Assembly: GCA_951406725.2 (NCBI GenBank)
Contig: OX597815.1
Coordinates: 185,442,001-185,506,000, forward strand
DNA: 64,000 nucleotides
Source of the DNA: Octopus vulgaris
Taxonomy: Eukaryota
Direction of reading: 5' to 3'
The notes beneath the pieces are model-generated. The model saw only the letters and a list, made by a program, of their open reading frames with translations, was not told the origin of the DNA and searched no databases. Shown one piece after another: positions 27,059 through 39,490 of this stretch (the stretch's first letter is position 1; each line of letters opens with the position of its first letter). The position numbers and the translations under genes are program-made.

Positions 27059-27467
27059 CTAGGAAGGGGAAATAGAAAAAGCACGGCAACCTTATTTCAA
27101 TATTAAAATTGAAAATTTCTTCCATTGAACTTTAATCCCCTATTTTATTCAAATGGCCTCTAGTTTATCTGAATACTTATTAGATCTTTTTTATCTGAAA
27201 GTTGTATAGACAATTAATTTTATAACTATTATTCACTTTATCCCAAAGCTCTAAATTCATAGAAAATTTATGTTAAGTCTTACTTTATATATTACATTTT
27301 TCTCCACTAACTCTATCATCATTTTTATTTTATTTTCAGCCCTCTATGGATTCAAAGCTAACAATAGATAATCAGGACAAAATTGGTGAGTTAATATTGG
27401 TTCTTATCCAAATTTTTATACCAATTTGTAGTTTACCATTTTACAATACTCTTGTTTTTTACTGTAT

Positions 27468-27646
27468 TTTACTCTTTTACTTGTTTCAGTCATTTGACTG
27501 TAGCCATGCTGGAGTTGAGCAAATTGACCCTCGGACTTATTCTTTGTAAACCTAGTACTTATTCTATCAGTCACTTTTGCCAAACCGCTAAGTTACGGGG
27601 ACGTAAACACACCAGCATCGGTTGTCAAGCAATGTTGGGGAGACAA

Positions 27647-27677
<31 letters not shown>

Positions 27678-27843
27678 CATACAGCAGGCTTCTTTCAGTT
27701 TCTGTCATATAATCCACTCACAAAGCTTTGGTTGGCCCAAGGCTATAGTAGAAGACACTTGCCCAAGGTGCCATGCAGTGGGACTGAACCCAGAACCATG
27801 TGGTTGGTAAGCAAGCTACTTACCACACTGTCACTCCTGCACC
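27468..27843 (-). mobile_element. SINE family A, full length
   Basis: Reverse complement of the family A copies. Confidence 0.9.
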
Positions 27844-27861
27844 TATCATAAGTTTTTAATA

Positions 27862-28077
27862 TTTATTTCTACTCTAGGCACAAGGCCCAAAGTTTTGGGG
27901 GAGGGGGCCCAGTCAGTTAGATCAACCCCAGTGCACAACTGGTACTTAATTCATCAACACTGAAAGGATGAAAGGCAAGTCAGCCTCAGTCGAATTTGAA
28001 CTCAGAACATAATGACAGACGAAATACTGCTAAGCATTTCACCCAGCATGCTAACATTCCTGCCAGCTCGCCACCTT
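27862..28077 (-). mobile_element. SINE family B
   Basis: ggtacttaattcatcaacactgaaaggatgaaaggc...gctcgccacc. Confidence 0.85.
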
Positions 28078-28221
28078 GAAAGTTTTTAGATATTAAGACA
28101 ATAATATGAGTAGAAGTACAAATAAATTGATGCTTTCTACAGATTAAACTGAAATTACTATCATTTTCAGGTGCAACAGTAGTAGTATTTTCACACTATT
28201 CTTTATGATGTATGTATTATA

Positions 28222-28627
28222 GGCGCAGGAGTGACTATGTGGTAAGTAGCTTGCTTTCCAACCACATGGCTCCTGGTTCAGTCCCACTGCACGGTACCTT
28301 GGGCAAGTGTCTTCTACTATAGCCTCGGGCCGACCAAAGCCCTGTGAGTGAATTTGGTAGACAGAAACTGAAAGAAGCCTGTCATGTATAAGTATTTGTA
28401 TATATATATATGTGTGTGTTTGTGTGTCTGTGTTTGTCCTCCCAATATCGCTTGACAACTGATGCTGGTGTGGTTACATCCCCGTAACTTAGTGGTTCGG
28501 CAAAACAGACCAATAGCATAAGTACTAGGCTTACAAAGAATACGTCCTTGGGTCGATTTGCTCGACTAAAGGTGGTGCTCCAGCATGGCCAAATTCAAAT
28601 GACTAACAAGTAAAAGAGTAAAAGAGT
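28222..28627 (+). mobile_element. SINE family A, full length
   Basis: ggcgcaggagtgactatgtggt head to aagtaaaagagtaaaagag tail. Confidence 0.9.
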
Positions 28628-30436
28628 ATTGAAATGAATGTAGCCAAGTTCAACGAACAGTGTTTAAAATAGAACAAGTTCATTCAAGTCAAATTTGAAA
28701 TCTTTGATATCCAAGTTAATATATCGTTATAAAGCCTTTATTCTTATCAACTGTGAAACATAAATTTACATAAAAGTGGTGGCAAGTATAATAACAGCTA
28801 AGATTTAAGTAACTATTCTGCTTAATGTTGAAATCCTGAATGTACATTAAATTTTATTTGATATTAGAAATACCACTACACTATTCTTGTCATTACTGGT
28901 GTTGCCTTAGTTGCATCTGTCAATATTGATTTGTTTAAGCTAAGCATAGGAATAATTATAAATGGAAAATGTATAGTAGACTGTGTCCCTGAAGTGTATT
29001 ACGGGTATTCATTTTATCAATTCCTGAGAATTTGAAAGAGAAATGTTAACTTAAATTTTAAGTAGAGAGCAGTAAAAATAGTGTTTTATTTTGTAAATTT
29101 TTTTTTATTTTAACAGCTTTATTTTTATGACTACAGTAATAATATACACTTGATTTTTATTTTCTTCACCAGAAGAATTTATTGTTTAAATATTTAATCT
29201 ATTATCTTTCATAATATTGAAAATAAAATTTGTTTTCAATGAAGAATTTATGACATAAAAAAAAATCATATTTTTAAGATAATAGAATAATTAGTTTGTA
29301 TTTTCTTTAAGTTATTTCATTGTTATTAGTTTCATTAAAATACCTCCTGATTGCTTTGAAAGGTTTTCTAGAAACTATATTTGTCTTATTGGTGAAGGGG
29401 TAGGCAAATCAAATTGCCTCCACTATATTCAGGTGTTTACTTTACTAACTACGGAAAAATTCCATGGTTGATAAAACTAAGAATATAAAGAAATAGCTAA
29501 AAACAATATTAAAATACTTTCTATTATTTACCATCTATAGAAAAAAAATTAATAACTGACAAGGCATAACTATATTTCTATGAAAAAATATTTTTGAGAA
29601 TTGAACCTACCACAAATACATGAGTATAATGATTATACTCATATTTGAAAGATGATATTTAATGATACTTAAGGTTATGTCCGGGAGTATTTGAACTCAG
29701 AATGTAACAGATATTGTTAGTTCTAAACCATTACTGTATTTGCCACCTTCATATGTCTAGTAATAGTTAACACTTCAATAAATTAGCTTTTTAATCAATT
29801 AAGTGTTTTATAGCAATACTTAAAAATTAGTGTTATATATTTTTTCAGAAGAATCAGAGAAATCAATTTGAAATAATGTTTATAATGAGTTCTTGAGTTA
29901 AAAGCTTGAGATTTGCTAGAGTAGTTTGTGGCAGCAATATTTGTTTGGTTATAAGAAGTCAACTAAAACAAAAATATTATTCATCAATGAATAAAATATC
30001 ACTAAAGGCAGTTATTAATAACATAGTACTCAATCCAAACAAGATATCTAAAATGAAAATTTATAATGTTAGCAAGCAAAGGAAATGAAAACAAAATCAT
30101 CAAAATGAATATAGTTGCAGAAATCAAAATTCAAGCCATGCTTTTTAGTGCTGAATGTATGTATGTATATATATATATAGATATTTGATATATATTGCTA
30201 TATCAGAGATATAATTTGCAATATTATTAGGTCATTGGTATTATTTACAAGAGTTGGAAATAGTTTTGTAATTTTGTGAGAAGTTGGCCGCTCATATGTG
30301 TTCACTTAAACATAAATTAATGAAACTGTTGCATGAACGTTCATTACAGCCCCGTTAATAATGGTTGGTTAAAGACTGACATATTTAGATCCAGTTCTAC
30401 CAACAAAAGCTTTGCTCTTGTAGCCATTTTTAAATA

Positions 30437-30690
30437 AGTGCGCCAATTTGTGGTAGCTGGCAATATGACGTAATGTCGTATTGCCGAAGAAATATTATTG
30501 TTGTTTTTCCATTGGTTAATATAACTGCTCATATAGAAATTCTAAGAATTAGTTAAAGAATATTTGTATGTAATTTCGATTCTTTAAAGTCAAGTTGAGC
30601 AGTTATATTAACCAATGGAAAAACGACAATAATATTTCTTCGGCAATACGACATTACATCATATTGCCAGCTACCACAAATTGGCGCACT
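30437..30690. repeat. 95-bp near-perfect inverted repeat with 64-nt loop
   Basis: 30437-30531 versus 30596-30690; two transitions only. Confidence 0.9.
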
Positions 30691-33311
30691 CTGATATTCA
30701 CCTAATTTGGAATATTCCCAGTATAGATTCTGATTGTGTAACAGCTTTCTTTTCACTATTGCAATAAGTTTATCTAGATATTTGAAATATTCTATAAATG
30801 GTTTACTAAAGCACTCAAAGTAAATGCATGGAATATACTGAATTACAGCAGAAATTAAAAAATTTCATTGATATAAAAAATTATCTGAAGTTAACTGTAA
30901 CACCGAAATGTTGAAAGCTGATAATAAGTAAAATGAAAATTGCCACTTTGATATACAAATGTATTCTCAGACAATCATCCTCAGTTATTGGATTTTCTAA
31001 AAGTAAATATTTCTATTATCTCAATCATTTGATATTTAATAAAATAAATGTGTGAGAACTATCAAGATGGCTTAGTTCTTCACGTAAATGAAGACAGAAG
31101 ATTCAGATGTTTGCTATGAATAATATGTAGTTGTATAAAATGAGAATCTTCAATTTAAGTAAATGGCAAAATGTGAATTACTGTGATCAATATTTAAAAA
31201 ACTGACAAAGAATCAATAGTCAGAAGTTCTTGCCTTTCTTTGCAAAGCTACTTAAAAAGTCCTAATGCAAGTTATTTGGTGTGCTTTAACACACACACAT
31301 ACACATACATTTTGTGTGTCTGCATTTGTGGACATGAGTATATTTACGAAAAGAAATGTTTTCCAATGGGTCGCACATTACAATATGCTAAAAATATCAA
31401 ATAAAATCAGATATAAACAATACAATACTACATTCACTATAAAATATAAAGCGAAATTAAATTGATGGACCATACATTTCGTGCTTATACTTACAATACA
31501 TTTGTGATAGAAAATATCATTGAAAATATGAAGATAATTCCAGATATAATGTGGGCAGAAGTGTACATATATAATAACATGCATACATCACTGCTCCTGT
31601 TTTTTTTTAAACAGCGTGAACATGTAAAAGTGTATTTTGGTGTGCACAAACACATTGAGAAGTGTAAATCATAAGCGTGAATCTAATGATGCATTTTTTT
31701 TTTAATAAAATCTCCTTGGAAGAAATACTGATAGAAATTCCAAATTTTCCATTTATTTGAAAAATACTTTTTGCTATTAATCCGATTAATTTCTTTTTTT
31801 AATTATATATATATTTTTAATAGATTGATGGCAATAAATTGCAACAACTGCTTGAAGACAAAAATATAATTATTTCTATGTAAAATTCTAACATACCACC
31901 TACATTAAAACATTTGATAATAAATGTATTTCAATTACTTCAAGTTTTAGGCATATTATACATAAGAGGAACTTAATTGGAGAAAAAATTTAATTAAAAA
32001 AAATGATTGAAAAGAATCCCCTTTAGGAACGGAACTCTATTATTTTCAGGATGTTTTCCTTATACACTACTTTTTTAATGAACCTCAACAAAAAAATTTA
32101 TAAATAATAATACAGAATGCTAGGTTGGCATTCTTATCACTTTAACAAATATTCTAAAAATTTGTTCCTGAAAAAAAAAAATATTCGCAAAATTTTTTTC
32201 TTAACACATGATATTTCCAAAGAAAAAGAAAATAATTTATCTACTCTTATTCAGATTGTTTACATCTAATTTTCAACTATTTATTTTTGTTAAGCGCTAC
32301 TGTACACGATGGTACTTGAAATTTAATAGGTGCCATTAACTTAACATTTTCTAGTTTTTAATTCTTAATAATACATATGGTGCTGATGTATACATAGAAT
32401 ATCTTCTTTTCAATTTGAGCAAAATCTTTCCTTATGTAAGGATTCCTGCCACAGCAAATCAAATCAAATTAAAAGCCATGAGAAATTACTATTATCAAAT
32501 CCAAATCAAACAAAGACCTGAGCACAGAAGACAATTACTTCCCTTGCGAAACAATTAAGATAGCTGTACCATTGAGAGCATACAGAAATCATACCAAATA
32601 TCTGAAACTACACTTCTTAAGTGCCATATTAATTCTATATAAATGTGAAGTAGTTTATAGATTTTTTTAAAATGTTTTCATTAGAATAAACTTGTTTCCA
32701 GGATAAATAGGAACTAAACAAAAATTTAATTTTTTGAATTTATCTATTATTGTTAAAATGAAATGATCCAGAAGTTTCTTATAGTGGAATCATGGATTCA
32801 GTTTAATAATTAACTAAAAGTCACTGTTTGCATCTTTATAATTAAGAAATTTCACGATGTTTCAATTGGAAATCTATTTGAATCGTCAATATCATCCTTG
32901 AATATTTTTTTAATTGCATTTCAATTAATCATCAATTTCGAAATATTTCATATATAGTAAAGCAAACTTCTTCTGTTTGGAGACATCACAGCATAAAATT
33001 TATCTATTGTAAAATTTATTTGATAGTTTTTAGTAAAGAAATTAAGTCATTATCAGATAACTTATAAGATATACTAAATTGCATGTAATTAAAAACGTAT
33101 GACACAAGGATAAGAATTAAAGTTGTTGAAATTATAACAACTTAATGAGAAAAAAAATTTAACTCCCAGACAAGTCTCTAAAAGAATGCACTAAGATTTT
33201 TAAAGTAGAATTTAACAATTGTGAAACTAGAAATATGAAATAGAAACTCTTATCAACTGTCCTATCCACATGACTTTTGCTTTCTTTCTCTCTCTTGCAC
33301 TGTTGGTGTAA

Positions 33312-33701
33312 TCTCTCTATATATAAAGCTGAAGTTGTCTGTGTATGGCAGGTTTGGTAGCCTTCAACTAACACTATCTCCTCCGAGACCCTGCAGCGCA
33401 AGTTGACCAAAATTGAGAGTATGATAGAAGGCTTGCTCTTCCTTTCGTAGAAGAAAAAAATTCAAATCGGACCATGTTAACACCAAAAATTATTTACACC
33501 AAAAAGGTGCTTTTTTTCTATGAAAATCCAAATTTTTTACGATTTTTTGACTGCTGTGTCGCCATTTTTCGGTGTATTTCAACCATAAAAATGTTCACTT
33601 AAAGAGAATAACAAGCTACATAATGCAAAATTTTTACTTTACAAAAATTCCAATTTTCAAGGGTCGAAACAAACCCGAGCAATGCCGGGCAATACTGCTA
33701 G
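33312..33701 (+). mobile_element. Non-autonomous Helitron-type element
   Basis: Inserted A|TC...CTAG|T with no TSD. Subterminal GC hairpin cccgagcaatgccggg about 12 nt before the 3' end. 5' end tctctctatatataaag. Confidence 0.8.
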
Positions 33702-34406
33702 TAAATATATGAAACACACACAAATATATATATATGAATATATATATACACACACACACATATATATTTATATACATATATGTATGTATATATATATAAA
33801 GAATGAATGGCAGTTGATATGGAATTTATATGAAGAAATCACATAAGCCAAAATATCTACCCTCATAATAACGACGAAGGCAAAATAAGAAACAAATAAT
33901 TCTAACTAGAAGTAATTAAAACATAATAACCAAATAGATATACATCTAAGATACTGTGAAAAAAAGGTTGAATCCAATTACAGTTTTCTGAAACTAATTG
34001 AAGTATTTTAAGAGAAATCTGGGAAAGAAAAATATAGCTAACAATTCCTAAGCGAGAAACTTAGCCTCATTCTCATAATTTTGATTCGAGGATTGTATAA
34101 GTTGGCTTTCTAAGACATGGAGATGACCATTTCAGTTCTGAATTGGAATTTCATGAGTAGTGTACAATACAGATAAATATAAATAGACTTATGCAAATAA
34201 TACTTTTTCAAAGAAAGAATGCAAAATCCACTACAAAAAAATATGTATGGAAATGACAATAACTACAAATCTGCTTATGAATATCTCTAGAACTAGGTTG
34301 ATAAAATTAAGTGATAATGAGCATTTACTACGTTAGGGGATGCTGTTGGCTACAGTATTAACATGCACTACAACACACAGTCTGTTGATGACTGACTGAT
34401 TTCAGC

Positions 34407-34412
34407 ACTTAC
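34407..34412 (-). other. Candidate 5' splice donor in the complexin 3'UTR
   Basis: Minus strand tct|GTAAGT, a perfect intronic consensus, 14 nt downstream of the stop codon. Confidence 0.6.
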
Positions 34413-34426
34413 AGATTGGCCCACAT

Positions 34427-34530
34427 TCACTGCAATGAACACTTCTCAGTAACCTCCCCTACACTTGCCGCCATTTTTTGCGGCAATTCCGAGACTTTGG
34501 AGGTGAGATCACTTAAGTTTGTAGGAAATT
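34427..34530 (-). CDS. cpx: Complexin (synaphin), last coding exon, ending in CAAX prenylation motif CSLQ
   Basis: Minus strand: polypyrimidine acceptor ttgcttcttttcatttttttccAG (AG at 34532-34531), then phase-1 frame aa-F-P-T-N-L-S-D-L-T-S-K-V-S-E-L-P-Q-K-M-A-A-S-V-G-E-V-T-E-K-C-S-L-Q-TGA (stop 34429-34427). Near-identical to the squid synaphin/complexin C-terminus as I recall it. CAAX ends are typical of invertebrate complexins. Upstream exons were not found in the window. Confidence 0.92.
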
Positions 34531-36724
34531 CTGGAAAAAAATGAAAAGAAGCAAAAAATCACCACATTAGACTACATTTACAATATAAGTTTTACTATAT
34601 ATATATTTTTATTTTTTATTTTTTTTAGTTTTTATAGCTTTTAAAGCACACATATGATATACACAGTTGAACAGAAGAAGGAAAAAAAAATAAAACAAGG
34701 AGAACAGGACTGCAATGCCAAATATACAAAATACAAAATGCAAACATACCAACTAAAAATTCTAAATATACTACCAAATCATAAATGAATGCAATGTAAA
34801 CTTTCCATCAGCAATCATGCATTTCTAGTCAAACAATAAACTAAAATAACACACGCACACACAAACTATATAATACATACATACATACATATATATATTT
34901 ATATATAAGCATGTGGATATATATATTTATATATAAGCATGTGGATATAAATCTATCTATATATATATATTATACTTACACATATATGTATATATGTGTG
35001 TGTATATATATTTATATAAACATTCAAAACTAATAATCAAAAATAAAAAAAAAATTGACAACATAAAATATTCACATGATAGTTTCTGAATAAAACAAGC
35101 AAACCTTGAATATATAAAGGAAAGAGAAACTCGTTTTAAAAAATGCCAGGAAAACTCTTTTCCTAAAATATTTTAAATTCAATGTATTAGTTCTTTAAAA
35201 AAAAATGGAAGTCATCGTAGCGGTTTATAGGAAACACTTTTTGAGAAGACAATACGCATGGTGAACAGAACGCTAATGAAATTCATAAATTAGTTAGAAC
35301 GAACATTATTGTAGTTGGAATCAAAATGTTACGTAAAAAGCAAAAAAAAAAAAAAAAATTCATGAGTGATATATATTCTTTGACAAACATTTGCGATAGA
35401 GCAGTTGAAGTGGCTGCCTCTGTATAAGATAGAAGTGGAGTGGTTGTACGATTGCATAAATGATAAAAATAGTTACTGAAGTACAATCTGAATATTTCGT
35501 GCAAATACATTTGAGAATAATTGGTTGTGGTAAAATACTAACATCAAGTTTTTTTTTTAAATTTTTTATCGAAAGCAAATTTTTAGAATAATCACTCTAA
35601 TATAAATAATTTCCAGTCATAACCCAGTTAAGATATTCAGTTAGTTTATTTTACTACAATTGAATTGGTTTTAACTAAGTTTCCATTGTTGTGCTATCAC
35701 AACTTAAACCACCTAATACATAATGATTATTTGATATTGAACTTTTCTCAAATATTAATACATGATACAAAGAAAAGCAAAACTACTTCTAAATCAAAAT
35801 GTTCATATTGCCTTTAAAAAATTTCTAAAGAATATTCAGTTATTTAATATATATTGTAAAACTCCCTCATAATTTTAGTTATGCTTAACTCACAGCTGTC
35901 TACTTATAAATCTTTTCTTAATAAACACTGCTCAATTTTACTTATAAAAATTAATAAAATTATCTTGAAAAATATCAAAGTACAGAATGATGACCAATTT
36001 TGTTACATTATTTTAAAGACATCTCTTGAGCTGTATTCTGAGTTGAGGATATAGCTGATTGCAGGTAAAATTAGGAAAGACCTTGTGTTATTTGATAGTA
36101 AAAGTTTCACAGATGTTCACCTACTTTTCATTGCCAAAAATAATTTGTTACACACATGCACATATTTTCTTAGCAAATCAAACACCATAACAAACAACTT
36201 TGTATGTATGAGTTTACAAGCATTGAATTAAATCAATAATAAAATACATAGAAGGCAACAACAAATGCCATTATGATGGTTTTTCATTAGAAATGTATTT
36301 GTTGTAAAGAAAATTTTAAATAAATAAATGTAATTAAAAAAAACAATATTGTTCAACTGAGTAACAGCAAATATAGCATTTCTGCATATACATACATATA
36401 TACATGCACACATTTCGAAACAGCTGATGATTCATGTTGCTATGTCTGAACAATAGCTTGTAGTGAGTAGAATTTGAGTAGCAACGGGGTGAAATTTTAG
36501 CTGTTTCTAAAGAAAATTTCTTACATGGTATTCTTTGGTTTGTAACTCCAAGTGCATGTATGTGTGTGTGTGTGTGTGTATGATAGACTCTCCTATCAAA
36601 GGTGACATAGAAGCATTCAGCTTTTTGCCAAACAAACGGAACAAATGTTTTGTTTATAGTGATCAAACGTTCATGCCACACTTTAGCTCACTTCTTCCAT
36701 GAAATCAACATTATCTGAACAAGT

Positions 36725-36882
36725 TCACGGTGTACCACGTGTCAGGTGTCAAAGTGGTTGCAGAGCAATGCAAGATGAAGTGATTTACTCAAGAACATGA
36801 CACACCACCCAGTCTGGGAATTGAACTCATGATCACTAGATCACAAGTGCAACACTCTAACCACCAAGTCATGTGCCCTCAC
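36725..36882 (-). mobile_element. Old tRNA-derived SINE fragment (CORE-like)
   Basis: Reverse strand: tgacttggtggttagagtgttgcac head, gagttcaattccc B-box and ttcttgagtaaatcacttcatc core-like block. Confidence 0.65.
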
Positions 36883-36908
36883 TTATACATTGTATATATA
36901 TATATATA

Positions 36909-38176
36909 TAAGGTTATTAGGAATGAAATGTCCGATTTTCTTATGCACCAAGTTTGACAGTCGTTAACTCTGATGTTTTTATCATGAGAATTCTTTGTTT
37001 TACAACATTGAAGAGTTCCATCATCACTTTTCGAAATGCAATTCATGGTTCTGATTATATTGTGAGTTTTCTGTTGTAAATCAATTTTTGTGAACCCATG
37101 GGGAGATCAAAAATTGATGTTATTTATACAAGTTCCGTCGTGGAACAAATACTTCTCAGACAGCTTGATTGAGGTATTTAGTGAAGATGTGGCAAATGAG
37201 CACACTGTATGCCAATGGTTTGAGATGTTCCGGTCTGGTGACTTTAATCTTGAAAATCAGCCCCATGGTAGACCTGAGACCAAAGTGGATGATGAGCTGG
37301 AAACTGTAACGGAAGTGGATACATCTCGAACTACATATGATTTAGCAACAAGGTTTGATGTTTCGATTCCAACTCTATTAGACATTCTGAAACAAATCAG
37401 CGAACAAGTGGACAGTGGACAAGTGAGTAACACGAACTGAACGAGCATCAAATGACACGTCGTCTTGAAACTTGCTGTTCTTTGCTGTCAAAACGTAAAC
37501 ATGAGCCATTTTTGCATCGTATTGTTACGTGTAATGAAAAATGGGTTCGTTTCAACAATAGCAAGCATTCTGCACAGTGGTTGGATTGAGATGAAGTGAA
37601 ACAACACAATCCCAAAAAGAATATTCACCAGAAAAAGCTAATGGGGTGAGTTTAGTGGTCCAGCACTGGTGTCATCCACTACAGCTTCATGAGACCTGGT
37701 AAGTCAATTACAGCGAATGTATACCTCAACCAACTGGATGAAAATGATGAGTGAACTCGCAATTAAACAACCGAGATTGGTCAATAGCGATAGGCCAATT
37801 CTCCAACGAGATAATGCTCGACCACATGTTTCACAAAGAACGCTACTCAAGTTACAGAAACGGAACTTGGAATGACTCAGTCAGTCGGTGCAACGTCTGG
37901 TGAATATGGAGGATGACAATCATGTTTTCCAGGTATTAGACAACTTTTGCAAGGTAAAAACTTCGAATCTGAAGAAGATGCAAAAACAGCCTTTCGGGAT
38001 TTCCTCACCTTTTGCTCTCCAGACCTCTTTGATGCCAACATAAATGAGCTTCTGATAAAATGGCAAAATTGTGTTGATAATCTAGGTGCATACTTTGATT
38101 ATCTCCATTGCTTTTTGTTGAGATAAAGTAAAATAAACTTTCAGTTCAAAATCGGACATTTCATTCTTAATGACAT

Positions 38177-38178
<2 letters not shown>
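36909..38178 (+). mobile_element. Mariner DNA transposon, full length (~1.27 kb), dead
   Basis: TIRs aggttattaggaatgaaatgtccgattt / aaatcggacatttcattcttaatgacat, inserted in (TA)n, enclosing a transposase pseudogene. Confidence 0.93.
37098..38101 (+). pseudogene. Mariner DD34D transposase pseudogene (Hsmar1/cecropia-like)
   Basis: Motifs QWFEMFRSGDFNLENQPHGRP, FLHRIVTCNEKW, DNARPH, inverted HPPYSPDVAPTD and KWQNCVDNLGAYFD, with multiple stops and frameshifts. Confidence 0.9.
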
Positions 38179-38256
<78 letters not shown>

Positions 38257-38586
38257 GATATGATGTGTGTGTACATGGAGTAGGGAAAGTATAATCCAAA
38301 CTATGAAAACAGACCATGAAAGAAATTAGGATGATGAAGTTGATTTATATACACACACGCACCCACACATTTATGTATGTTTTAGACTGTATCAAAACTG
38401 AATAGAAACTATGAGATTTTGGTCACTAGAACTCTATATTCCATCTGGTGCTGTAAAATCTAAAATAATTTGGCATAAGTCTTACAACATCGAGTCAGTT
38501 GATTCATACGACCTCAAGTGCTTATATTTTTCTTGCACAATTACCAACTCTACATCACCAAGAGATTTTATTCAAGGTAACAATTG

Positions 38587-38772
38587 CTGTTCTATATTTA
38601 AGAGATGAGGAATTATGTACATTATTTACATTTGACGGATATTTATCCTCATCTTGTTTGTTGTTAACACAACGTTTCGGCTGATATCCTCTCCAGCCTT
38701 TATCAGGTGTCTTGAGGAAATTTCGAACCTGGGTTCTCATTCCTAAGGTATTTTTCAATGTTATTGTTGTTG

Positions 38773-38808
<36 letters not shown>

Positions 38809-38917
38809 TTACTGTCTGGAATCGAACTCAGAATCTTGGGGTTAGTAGCCTACCCTCTTAACCACTATGCCATATGTCCGTAGTGAGGACAAATATCCGT
38901 CAAATGTAAATAATGTA
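38587..38917 (-). mobile_element. Family H element (tRNA head + hammerhead motif) with short inverted tail copy
   Basis: Reverse strand: tggcatagtggttaagag head, gagttcgattcc B-box, acac-CTGATAA-aggctg...cagcc-GAAACGTT-gtgt. 38884-38917 repeats the 3' tail in the opposite orientation. Confidence 0.85.
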
Positions 38918-39137
38918 TAACAATTGCTATATAAACAGGTTGACCATAAGAGCATGTGTAACAATGATTACTTGAAAACTGAATGAGAGGCAAATAAGCT
39001 GTAATTGTAATACTTTGTGTTGCCAGATATGTAAGCTTCCTTCAGTAGTCATAAAGCCAAAATTATTATAAAGCCACACACATGTATGTATATATATATA
39101 TATATATATATATAATGTGTGTGTGTGTGTGTGTGCT

Positions 39138-39490
39138 CAGGAGTGGCCACATGATCCCGGGTTCAGTGCTACTGTGTGGCACCTTGGGCAACCGTCTTCT
39201 ATTATAGCATTGGGCTGACCAAAGCCTTGTTGGTAGATTTGGTAGGTGGAAACTGAAAGAAGCCCATCGTATATATGTGTGTATATGTTTGCGTGTCTGT
39301 GTTTGTCCCTCCAACATCGCTTGACAGATGCTGATGATGTGTTTATGTCCCTGTAACTTAGTGGTTCAGCAAAAGAGGCTGATAGAATAAGTACTAGGCT
39401 TACAAACAATAAGACCTGGGGTCAATTTGCATGACTAAAAGGCAGTGCTTCAGCATGGCCACAGTCAAATGACTGAAAGAAGTAAAAGAA
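39138..39490 (+). mobile_element. SINE family A (5' deletion)
   Basis: Matches family A with a short deletion in the head. Confidence 0.85.

Noticed and set aside
35283-35440. Acceptor-like cttctatcttatacAG with an open phase-1 frame (AATSTALSQMFVKEY...) as an alternative complexin exon
   Set aside because: The frame runs through a poly-T tract, and there is no homology or donor evidence.
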